Source of the DNA: Geobacter sulfurreducens PCA
GTDB taxonomy: Bacteria > Desulfobacterota > Desulfuromonadia > Geobacterales > Geobacteraceae
Direction of reading: 5' to 3'
Assembly (NCBI RefSeq): GCF_000007985.2
Contig: NC_002939.5
Span: 3,720,001 to 3,752,000, forward strand
Length of the DNA stretch: 32,000 bases
The position numbers and the translations under genes were made by a program. Positions 16,954 through 24,927 of this stretch are shown one piece after another. Every line of letters starts with the position of its first letter. Positions within the stretch are counted from its first letter, which is position 1. Under the pieces are notes generated by a model, which made no database searches, had not been told where the DNA came from, and saw only the letters and a list, made by a program, of their open reading frames with translations.

Positions 16954-16977
16954 GGAGGGAGACGTGCGTCTCCCTCC
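16954..16977 (+). promoter_or_regulatory. Intercistronic GC hairpin between the small gene and the OMF gene
   Basis: GGAGGGAGAC (16954-16963), loop GTGC, then GTCTCCCTCC (16968-16977), a perfect 10-bp stem. There is no T-tract afterwards, so this is more likely an mRNA stability or processing element, or a weak attenuator, than a full terminator. Confidence 0.45.
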
Positions 16978-17052
16978 GGCGGTGGAGTTCGCCGTACAGC
17001 CCGTAATCCCTCACAGACTAGCCATTCAGATACACCACAAGGAGGTACTGCC

Positions 17053-18357
17053 GTGAATCGAGCAGTTTCCCTGCCGGTGGCGGCCTTGTTGTTTCTTGCC
17101 GTCACCGGTGCGTCGGCGGGCAATGCCGGCGCCGACACCAGAATCTTCACCCTTACCGAGGCCGTTGAGCACGCTCTCAGCAACAACGGTGAGCTCAAGG
17201 CGGCGCGGAGCGGACACGAGGCCGCCCAAGCCGGCACCGTCCGGGCCGGGCTTTACCCCAATCCGGTCCTGGAGCTGGAAGGAGCCACCGGTGCCCTCAC
17301 CGGCAGCAGCAACGAAAACAGCATGGAACTGGCAATTTCCCAGGAAGTGCTGCTTGGCGGCAAGCGGGCCAAACGACTGGAAGCCGCGGAGCGGGACGTC
17401 GAGGCGGTCCGCTGGTGGTTGGCGGATCGGGAACGTCTCACTGCCCTGGAAGTGAAGACGGCGTATGCCGATCTTCTGCTGGCCCAGCAACGGGTCGATC
17501 TGGCAAAGCAGGCCGCGGAGCTGGGCAGCCGCCTGCTGACCCTGACGCAGGAGCGTTTCGCTGCGGGCGACATTCCTGAGCTGGAGGTCAACCTGGCCCG
17601 GGTCGAGGCGGCGCGCAGCGACAGCGAGCGGATGGCGGCGGAACGGGAGATCGTGCCGGTCCGCTCTCGGCTCTCAACCCTCATGGGTCTTGACCCCGGC
17701 ACTGAGGCGGCCGTTGTTGCGCCGCCCGACGAACAGCCCGTTACCGCCCTGGTTGCCGGCCTGGCAACCAAGGCCCGGGAACACCGTCCCGACCTCAAGG
17801 CACTGACCGCCGAACAGGCCAGGGGCGAGGTAGAGGTGAGCCTTGCCCGGTCCGAGGGGGTACCGAACCTGACAGTGGGACTCTTCGTGGCCCATGAGCG
17901 GAGCACCGACGCCATCGGCACCGACGAGGAAAAAACCCGTGACACCATCGTGGGGGTAAGGCTCTCCCTGCCGCTCCCCCTCTTTGATCGCAACCAGGCC
18001 GGCATCCGCGAGGCCGGTGCCCGCCGCGGGGGAACCGAGGCCCGGCTCATCGCCGCCCGCACCGCGCTGGAGCGGGAGGTGGCGGCGGAGTATGCCCGAA
18101 TGGCCGCAGCGGAGGAGGTCCTCCGCCTCTACGCGAAGGATATCCTTCCACGGCTCAAGGAGAACCTCGCCCTGGTTCAGGAGGCCTACGGACTGGGGGA
18201 AATAGACATTCTCGCGGTTATCGAGGAGCAGAAAAAATACGTGGCGGTCCACGGGTCATACCTGGCGGCCGTCCATGCCCGGCAGACGGCCCGTGCCCGC
18301 CTGGAGGCAGCCGTGGGCGCGCCCCTTGACGAACTGACAACAGGAGGTACCCAGTGA
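17053..18357 (+). CDS. TolC-family outer membrane efflux protein (CzcC/CusC-like OMF)
   Basis: 434 aa with a GTG start 7 nt after an AAGGAGG SD. Signal peptide is MNRAVSLPVAALLFLAVTGASA. It has the typical OEP repeat content (FTLTEAVEHALSNNGELKAARSGHEAAQAG, later ARSRLSTLMGL...). Confidence 0.88.
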   Translation: MNRAVSLPVAALLFLAVTGASAGNAGADTRIFTLTEAVEHALSNNGELKAARSGHEAAQAGTVRAGLYPNPVLELEGATGALTGSSNENSMELAISQEVLLGGKRAKRLEAAERDVEAVRWWLADRERLTALEVKTAYADLLLAQQRVDLAKQAAELGSRLLTLTQERFAAGDIPELEVNLARVEAARSDSERMAAEREIVPVRSRLSTLMGLDPGTEAAVVAPPDEQPVTALVAGLATKAREHRPDLKALTAEQARGEVEVSLARSEGVPNLTVGLFVAHERSTDAIGTDEEKTRDTIVGVRLSLPLPLFDRNQAGIREAGARRGGTEARLIAARTALEREVAAEYARMAAAEEVLRLYAKDILPRLKENLALVQEAYGLGEIDILAVIEEQKKYVAVHGSYLAAVHARQTARARLEAAVGAPLDELTTGGTQ

Positions 18358-20108
18358 GCATGATACGCACGATAACATACGGAATCCTGGCGCTGCTGGC
18401 CATGACGCTGCTGGTCGCCTGCAGCAAGGGAAACGGCAGCCGGGAAGCCGGCGGCGAGGCCGGCCACGGGCCGGTGCAGATGACCGCCTGGTCGGACCGG
18501 ACAGAGGTCTTTCTGGAGCATCCCGAGCTTGAACCGGGCAAAGGGGCGACGCTCCTCATCTATCTGACCCGCACGGCCGACTGGAAGCCCCTGGCGTCAT
18601 CGGAGGTGCACCTGGTCATAACCCCGCCCGCGGGAACCCCTCTGACGGTGGCCGCCAAAGGGACCAAGCCGGGACTCTATCGGGCCGAAGCAACCTTCCC
18701 CGCCAAAGGCGCCTACCGGCTAACGGTGGTGATCGGCGGCTCCCAGGGGGAACAGATCGAACTCCCCTCTCTCCTGGTTGGGGAAGGACATGACCACGGC
18801 GAGGGCGAGCACAAGGAGACGGCCGCGAGTGACCGGAAGGAGGGAACTCCCCACGACCGCGACGACCACGGGGACCACGCCGCGGAGACGAAGCAGGGCG
18901 GAGGAAAAGAGCCCGCCCATGCCGAACATGACGACCACGATGAGCATGCCGGGCATGGCGGACACGACAGCCATGACGACCATGAGGGAGAGCAGGCGCA
19001 CGACGAAACCGGCAAAGCCCATGCACACGCCGCCTCGGGAGCCGTCGGCGCCATCACCCTGACCAAGGAGCAGCAGTGGGCCGTGGCCTTCGGCGTGGCC
19101 GAGCCGAGACGAATGGATATGGCCAGTGGCCTCACGGCGGTCGGCGAACTGGTGCCGGTGGCCACGGCCGAGGCGGTAGTGGCCGCTCCCCTGGCAGGGG
19201 TCGTCTCCCCGACCCGCGCCCTTCCCTTCCCCGGCAAGCGGGTGGCAAAGGGCGAGGTGATCGCGGTGATCGATCCTCCGGCAAGCCTTGGCGGAGGCAT
19301 GACCCAGCTGGCCGCCGACCATGCCCAGGCCATGAGCCGTCTCACCCTGGCCCAGGCCGAGTACGATCGGGCCAAGCGGCTGGTGGAGGGAAAGATTGCC
19401 GCCCGCAAGCGGCTTGAGGAGGCCGAGGCGTCCCTGGAGGCGGCCCGCGCCGTCGCAACACCCCTGGAGACTGCCATGAAGAGCGTTCAGGGGGGGAGCG
19501 GCGGACGGATTACCGTGCGCGCGCCGGTCTCGGGCACCGTGGTCGAGGTCCCTGCCGTGAACGGCAGCGGGGTAGCCCCTGGCCAGACCCTGGTCCGCAT
19601 CGTGGATACCGGCCGGCTCTGGCTCCGGGTGAACCTCCCGGCAACGGACCTGGGCAAGGTTGGACGCCCCGCGGCCGCTGGGACTACCTTCACCGTAACG
19701 GGACTGCCGGGAGAATTCCACACCAGCGGCCTCGTCTCCGACGGGACGGTGGTGGATCCCCAGACCCGGACTCTCCCGCTGGTCTTCGCCGTGGAAAACC
19801 GCAGCGGCAACCTCAAGGCAGGTATGTTCGCCCGGGTCACCATCCGGACCGGTACGGCCAAAGGTGTCCTGGCCGTACCGAAAGAGGCCCTCTTCGAGGA
19901 CGAAGGTCGCTGGTTCGCCTTCGTCCAGATCTCGGGAATCACCTTTGACCGCCGGGAGGTGCAGATCGGAACCGAAGACCAGGGGATGATCCAGATCGTA
20001 TCGGGGCTCGACGAGCATGACCGGCTGGTGGTGAAGGGGGGCTACTACGTGAAGCTCGCTTCCCAGGGCGGGGCTACCGCCGACCCCCATGCCGGTCACG
20101 GCCACTAA
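18354..20108 (+). CDS. RND efflux periplasmic adaptor (MFP, CzcB/CusB-like) with lipoprotein signal, an extra N-terminal domain, a His/Asp-rich tract and a His-rich C-terminus
   Basis: 584 aa. The start overlaps the OMF stop (GTGA); an alternative ATG lies at 18360. The lipobox is LLVAC. Residues ~230-575 form the usual HlyD/MFP barrel-sandwich, hairpin and beta-barrel region (RITVRAPVSGTVVEV, GQTLVRIVD, LKAGMFARVTI). Residues ~40-140 and the His tract are extra. Confidence 0.88.
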   Translation: MSMIRTITYGILALLAMTLLVACSKGNGSREAGGEAGHGPVQMTAWSDRTEVFLEHPELEPGKGATLLIYLTRTADWKPLASSEVHLVITPPAGTPLTVAAKGTKPGLYRAEATFPAKGAYRLTVVIGGSQGEQIELPSLLVGEGHDHGEGEHKETAASDRKEGTPHDRDDHGDHAAETKQGGGKEPAHAEHDDHDEHAGHGGHDSHDDHEGEQAHDETGKAHAHAASGAVGAITLTKEQQWAVAFGVAEPRRMDMASGLTAVGELVPVATAEAVVAAPLAGVVSPTRALPFPGKRVAKGEVIAVIDPPASLGGGMTQLAADHAQAMSRLTLAQAEYDRAKRLVEGKIAARKRLEEAEASLEAARAVATPLETAMKSVQGGSGGRITVRAPVSGTVVEVPAVNGSGVAPGQTLVRIVDTGRLWLRVNLPATDLGKVGRPAAAGTTFTVTGLPGEFHTSGLVSDGTVVDPQTRTLPLVFAVENRSGNLKAGMFARVTIRTGTAKGVLAVPKEALFEDEGRWFAFVQISGITFDRREVQIGTEDQGMIQIVSGLDEHDRLVVKGGYYVKLASQGGATADPHAGHGH

Positions 20109-20120
20109 GGGGGCGCCGCC

Positions 20121-23100
20121 ATGCTTGATCGTATAATCCGCTTATCCATAGAAAACCGCCTCATCGTGGTGGTCCTGTCGGCCCTCATCCTGGTGGTGGG
20201 GACCCTCGTGGCCCTCAGGATGCCGGTGGACGTCCTGCCCGACCTGACGGCGCCGACCGTCACCATCATGACAGAAGCCCAAGGGATGGCCCCCGAGGAG
20301 CTGGAAACCCTGGTGACCATGCCGGTCGAAAGCGCCGTGAACGGCGCCACCGGGGTGCGTCGGGTTCGATCCTACACGGTTGCCGGCCTCTCCACCGTCT
20401 GGGTTGAATTTACCTGGGGCACCGACATCTACCGGGCCCGCCAGGTGGTGAACGAAAAAATGCAGGGCCTAGCCGCATCGCTCCCGGCCGGGGTGATGCC
20501 GACCCTCACCCCCATCTCCTCCATCATGGGGGAGGTGATGTACATCGGCCTCACCAGCGACCGCCACAGCCCCATGGAGTTGAAGGAGACAGCCGATTTC
20601 GCTGTCCGGCGCCGGCTTCTGGCAGTCCCCGGCGTCTCCCAGGTAGTGGTCCTGGGGGGCGAAAAGCGGCAGTACCAAGTGGAACTGGACCCGCTAGGAC
20701 TCGCCTCATTCGGGATTTCGGTAGGCGAGGTCCTGGAAGCGGTTCGGGGGAACAACGAGAACTTCGCCGCCGGCATCATGAAGAGCGGCGGCCAGGACTA
20801 CCTGATCCGCGGCGTGGGACGCTACCAGACCGCCGATGACTTGGGACGGGTTGTTGTCTCGACTCGCAACGGCATCCCGGTTCTGGTGCGGGATATTGCC
20901 CGCGTGGCCGTGGGTTCGGCCGTGAGGGTGGGAGATGCCAGCGTCGATACCAAGCCGGGGATTCTCATCTCCGTGGCCAAGCACCCGGAAACCAACACCC
21001 TGACCCTGACGGGACTGCTCGACGGAAAGCTGGCCGAGATCCGCAAAGGTCTCCCCGCCGGCATGGAGCTGCGGGGTGACATCTTCCGCCAGTCCGATTT
21101 CATCCAGCGGGCTATGGACAACATCCGCAAGGTCCTGGTGGAGGGGGCGGTGCTGGTGGTGGCCATCATCTTCCTGTTTCTGGGAAGCATGCGCACCACC
21201 TTCATTTCCATCGTGGCCATGCCCTTGTCGCTCATCTTCGCCATCTTCACCCTGCGGCTCTTCGACATCTCCATCAACACCATGACCCTGGGGGGAATGG
21301 CCATCGCCATCGGCGTCATCGTGGACGATGCCATCATCGACGTGGAGAACGTCTACCGGCGGCTGCGGGAGAACGGCGCCAAGCCCGAAGCCCGGCGGGA
21401 GCCCGCCGGCAAGGTGATCTTCGATGCTTCCAAGGAGATTCGTTCTTCCATCGTCAACGCCACCCTCATCATCGTCCTGGTGTTCCTCCCCCTCTTCTTC
21501 CTCTCCGGCGTAGAGGGCCGGCTCCTGAAACCCCTGGGGATCTCCTACATGGTTTCCATCGGTGCTTCGCTCCTGGTGGCCCTCACCGTCACCCCGGCCC
21601 TCTGCTCCTACCTCCTCCCCCGGGCGCGTTTTCTCGATCGCCACGACGAGGGCCGGGTCTTCACCTGGCTTCAGAACGCCTACGGGCCGGTCCTCAACCT
21701 CGCGCTCACCCGGCAGAACCTGGTCATGGGGCTCGCGGCAGCGGCCTTCATCCTCTCCCTCGTCCCCCTGTCCCTGGCCGGCCGCTCATTCCTGCCGCCC
21801 TTCAACGAAGGATCGCTCACCATCACGCTTGCCACCCCCCCCGGCACGTCCCTGGAGCAGTCGGTGGACATCGCCGCCCGGGTGGAAACGCTGGTGAAGG
21901 GACACCCCAACGTGACCCTCACGGCCCGCCGCACCGGCCGGGGAGATCTGGACGAACACGGCAAGCCCCCCAACGCCTCGGAGATCGAGGCCCAGCTGGA
22001 CCTGAAAGGGCGCACCCTGGAAGAGGTCATCGGCGAATTGCGCCACCTGACCGGCGGAATTCCCGGCACGATCGTCTCCTTCGGCCAGCCCATCAGCCAT
22101 CGGATCGATCACATGATGTCGGGCACCGCCGCCAATATCGCCATCAAGATCTACGGGCCGGAACTCTTCCGGCTCCGGAGCGTCGCCCAGGATATCCAGC
22201 GAACCATCGCCGGGGTGCCGGGGCTGGAAGATCTGTCGGTGGAGCAGCAGGTTGACGTGCCACAGCTACGGGTGATCCCCGATCGCGAGGCCATGGCCCG
22301 GTACAATCTCTCCGTGTCAGCCGTTGCCGAAGCGGTGGAGACCGCCACCGCCGGCACCGTGGTGACGAGGACCCTGGAGAAGGACCGGACCTACGAGGTC
22401 ATGGTCCGCTTCCCCGATGAAGCACGGGCGGCGGGGATATCCGTGGCCGGCATTCTGGTGGATGCGCCGGACGGGGTGAAGGTTCCCCTCGCCGCCGTTG
22501 CCCAGGTAACCAGCGCCAAGGGGCCCAACGCCATCAGCCGGGAAAACGTCCAGCGCAAGATCGTGGTCCAGGCCAATGTGTCCGGGCGCGACCTGAGGAG
22601 CGTCTTCGAGGAGGCGCGGGGGCGGATCGAGGCGGGCGTGAAGCTTCCGGAAGGGTACTTCATCGAATACGGCGGCCAGTTCGAGAGCGAAGCCGAGGCG
22701 ACCCGTATGATCGGGCTCCTCTCCCTGGTGTCGTTCCTCTTTATAGGGCTGGTCCTCTACCTGGAGTTCCGCTCATTCCGCGACGTGGGAATCGTCATGG
22801 TCAACCTGCCGCTCGCATTCATCGGCGGGATACTGGCGGTCTTCATCACCGGCGGGGTCATCAACGTCTCAACCCTCGTCGGCTTCATCACCCTGTTCGG
22901 CATCGCGGTCCGCAACGGGATTCTTCTGGTATCGCACTACCGACACCTGATGGTGGAGGGGCTGCAGCTGGCAGAGGCGGTCGACCGCGGATCCCGGGAG
23001 CGGCTCCGGCCGGTGGTCATGACGGCCCTGGCCGCCGGGCTGGCGCTCATTCCCTTTGCCGTGGCCGCCCACAAGCCGGGGAACGAGATTCTCTCGCCGC

Positions 23101-23192
23101 TTGCCATTGTCATTCTCGGCGGGCTGCTGAGTTCCACGGTGCTGAACATGGTAGTCCTGCCGTCGCTCTACCGGCGGTTCGGACGGGGATGA
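20121..23192 (+). CDS. CusA/CzcA-family (HME) RND efflux pump, inner membrane subunit
   Basis: 1023 aa. The N-terminus MLDRIIRLSIENRLIVVVLSALILVVGTLVALRMPVDVLPDLTAPTV is of the CusA/CzcA type. The layout is 12 TM segments with two large periplasmic loops. The TM4 motif is AIGVIVDDAIIDVEN. AAGGGGG SD. Confidence 0.93.
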   Translation: MLDRIIRLSIENRLIVVVLSALILVVGTLVALRMPVDVLPDLTAPTVTIMTEAQGMAPEELETLVTMPVESAVNGATGVRRVRSYTVAGLSTVWVEFTWGTDIYRARQVVNEKMQGLAASLPAGVMPTLTPISSIMGEVMYIGLTSDRHSPMELKETADFAVRRRLLAVPGVSQVVVLGGEKRQYQVELDPLGLASFGISVGEVLEAVRGNNENFAAGIMKSGGQDYLIRGVGRYQTADDLGRVVVSTRNGIPVLVRDIARVAVGSAVRVGDASVDTKPGILISVAKHPETNTLTLTGLLDGKLAEIRKGLPAGMELRGDIFRQSDFIQRAMDNIRKVLVEGAVLVVAIIFLFLGSMRTTFISIVAMPLSLIFAIFTLRLFDISINTMTLGGMAIAIGVIVDDAIIDVENVYRRLRENGAKPEARREPAGKVIFDASKEIRSSIVNATLIIVLVFLPLFFLSGVEGRLLKPLGISYMVSIGASLLVALTVTPALCSYLLPRARFLDRHDEGRVFTWLQNAYGPVLNLALTRQNLVMGLAAAAFILSLVPLSLAGRSFLPPFNEGSLTITLATPPGTSLEQSVDIAARVETLVKGHPNVTLTARRTGRGDLDEHGKPPNASEIEAQLDLKGRTLEEVIGELRHLTGGIPGTIVSFGQPISHRIDHMMSGTAANIAIKIYGPELFRLRSVAQDIQRTIAGVPGLEDLSVEQQVDVPQLRVIPDREAMARYNLSVSAVAEAVETATAGTVVTRTLEKDRTYEVMVRFPDEARAAGISVAGILVDAPDGVKVPLAAVAQVTSAKGPNAISRENVQRKIVVQANVSGRDLRSVFEEARGRIEAGVKLPEGYFIEYGGQFESEAEATRMIGLLSLVSFLFIGLVLYLEFRSFRDVGIVMVNLPLAFIGGILAVFITGGVINVSTLVGFITLFGIAVRNGILLVSHYRHLMVEGLQLAEAVDRGSRERLRPVVMTALAAGLALIPFAVAAHKPGNEILSPLAIVILGGLLSSTVLNMVVLPSLYRRFGRG

Positions 23193-23273
23193 TCCCCACT
23201 CCCTCCCGGCTCGGCAAGGCCACCTCGCAGAAGGGGGCGAGCTTGTGCCGGGCCGGCTCTGCCGCAGCCAAAC

Positions 23274-23310
23274 AAAAGCCCCACGGGATTGCTCCCGTGG
23301 GGCTTTTGTT
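23274..23310. terminator. Bidirectional rho-independent terminator between the convergent RND pump and the LivK-type gene
   Basis: AAAA-GCCCCACGGGA (23278-23288), loop TTGC, then TCCCGTGGGGC (23293-23303) followed by TTTTGTT. This is a perfect 11-bp stem with an A-run and a T-run on either side. Confidence 0.85.
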
Positions 23311-23330
23311 CTTTGCTATGCCGGCGGTTC

Positions 23331-24521
23331 TTAGTCCATCTTGACCGGAACCTTGGCCTTCAGGGCGAACTTCCCACCCTTTACTTCCAGAAGGGCCAGC
23401 GGCGACTTGATCGGCTCGCGGTTCTCGCGGATGGTGATGGTCCCCGAGACCCCTTCATAGTTCTTGGTCTGGCCGAGGGCGGTCTTGAACACCTTCGGAT
23501 CTGCGCTGTTGGCACGCTTCATGGCATCGGCCAGCATCATGACGCCGTCATATCCCTGAGCGTCGAAGAGACCCGGTTCGACGCCGTTGAACTTCTTCTT
23601 GTACGCCTCGACGAACTTGGCGGTAACCGGAGAAGCCTGCTCGGGAGAGAAGCCGAGGGCGGACATGGTGCCCTCAACCGCATCGCCGCCCAGCTCGATC
23701 AGCTTCGGCGAGAAGAGGCCGTCGCCACCGAACATCTTGGCCTTGAGGCCCTGCTTGCGGGCTTCCTTCATGATGAGGGCACCCTCGGTGTAGTAGCCGG
23801 AGAAGAAGATAACATCGGGCTTCTTGCCCTTGATGTTGGTGATCTGGGCGCTGAAGTCCTTGTCGCCGTCCTTTACCTTCTCGTCGGCAACGATTTCAAC
23901 ACCCTTGCCCTTGGCGGCGTCGCGGAAGGTCTGGGAGAGGCCCACGCTGTAATCGTTGTTGTCGGAGGTGATGATCGCAACCTTCTTGTAGCCCAGGTCC
24001 TTGGCGAAGAAGTCGATGCAGGCCGGGATGGCGACGCTGTCCAGCAGGGTGTTGCGGAAGATGAAATCGCCGTTTTCCACGACGCCGGGGCCCGTGGCGC
24101 CGGCGGAGAGGAGTACCACCTGGGCCTTCTGGGCAATGGGAGCGGCAACCTTGGTAATGCCGGTGGTGGGGTCGCCAACGATGGCAACTACGCCGTCACG
24201 GCTGATGAGCTTTTGGGTGACCGAGGCACCTTCCTGCTTGTCGCCACGGTTATCGGCCTCGACGATCTCGATCTTCTTGCCGAGAACGCCGCCTGCTGCG
24301 TTGAGTTCTTCAGCGGCCATCTTCATGCCGTCGAGGGTCGGCTTGCCGAACATGGCCACGTCGCCGGTCAGGGCGCCGAGGAAGCCGATCTTGATGGTGT
24401 CGCCGGCGGCAGCCGGGGCGCCGGCCGGAGCTTCTTCCTTCTTCTTGCAGCCAAAGCCCACCGCAAAGGCCGAGGCTACTGCGGCAACGGTCAGCAGCGA
24501 TGCAATTTTCCTGAATTTCAT
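23331..24521 (-). CDS. LivK/Leu-Ile-Val-type (type I PBP) ABC substrate-binding lipoprotein, orphan from its permease genes
   Basis: 396 aa with an AGGAGGA SD. The lipoprotein signal is MKFRKIASLLTVAAVASAFAVGFG|C. It contains IKIGFLGALTGDVAMFGKPTLDGMKMAAEELNAAGGVLGKKIEIVEADNRGD, which is typical of branched-chain amino acid binding proteins. Confidence 0.9.
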   Translation of the reverse strand: MKFRKIASLLTVAAVASAFAVGFGCKKKEEAPAGAPAAAGDTIKIGFLGALTGDVAMFGKPTLDGMKMAAEELNAAGGVLGKKIEIVEADNRGDKQEGASVTQKLISRDGVVAIVGDPTTGITKVAAPIAQKAQVVLLSAGATGPGVVENGDFIFRNTLLDSVAIPACIDFFAKDLGYKKVAIITSDNNDYSVGLSQTFRDAAKGKGVEIVADEKVKDGDKDFSAQITNIKGKKPDVIFFSGYYTEGALIMKEARKQGLKAKMFGGDGLFSPKLIELGGDAVEGTMSALGFSPEQASPVTAKFVEAYKKKFNGVEPGLFDAQGYDGVMMLADAMKRANSADPKVFKTALGQTKNYEGVSGTITIRENREPIKSPLALLEVKGGKFALKAKVPVKMD

Positions 24522-24561
24522 GGGTGCTCCTCCTGTTGAATGAATGGTGCAGCAGGGGGAA

Positions 24562-24849
24562 TTACTTGCCGCCGCCGCCTTGCTTCAGCAGCACGTCGAC
24601 CATCTCGTTGGCCTCTTTGAGCTTCTGCTCAAGCTTCTTGAGCTCCTCGGCAGTGTAGACCTTCTTCCCCTTCTTGATCTCGGCCTGAAGCTTTTTAACC
24701 TTCTTCTGGAGACTGTCGACCTCGCCGGCGCAGTTCTTGGAGGCGAGGAGGCACATGTCCTTCTCTTCCTTGGACATTTCTGCGGCGAAGGTCGGAACGG
24801 TGGCGGAGAACGCGAACGCGGTCAGCATGAGAACAGCCATCTTTTTCAT
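24562..24849 (-). CDS. Small periplasmic Lys/Glu-rich coiled-coil protein with a CX6C pair (unknown family)
   Basis: The track ORF is 24562..24906. I prefer ATG 24849 (MKKMAVLMLTAFAFSATVPTFA|AEMSKEEKDMCLLASKNCAGEVDSLQKKVKKLQAEIKKGKKVYTAEELKKLEQKLKEANEMVDVLLKQGGGGK), which has an AGGAGG SD 8 nt upstream. It has a clear Sec signal peptide. Confidence 0.65.
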   Translation of the reverse strand: MKKMAVLMLTAFAFSATVPTFAAEMSKEEKDMCLLASKNCAGEVDSLQKKVKKLQAEIKKGKKVYTAEELKKLEQKLKEANEMVDVLLKQGGGGK

Positions 24850-24883
24850 GGGATAAACCTCCTGTCGATCAGTAAGGTAGCGG

Positions 24884-24916
24884 GTGAAAGAGGCCGGGGC
24901 GGTCACACGCCCCGGC
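24884..24916 (-). terminator. Terminator or attenuator hairpin just after the porin gene
   Basis: The minus strand reads GGCCGGGGCG-TGTGAC-CGCCCCGGCC followed by TCTTTC. The stem is a perfect 10 bp (24891-24900 / 24907-24916). The T-tract is short and interrupted, so partial read-through into the two downstream genes is plausible. Confidence 0.55.
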
Positions 24917-24927
24917 CGAAGTCGAAA

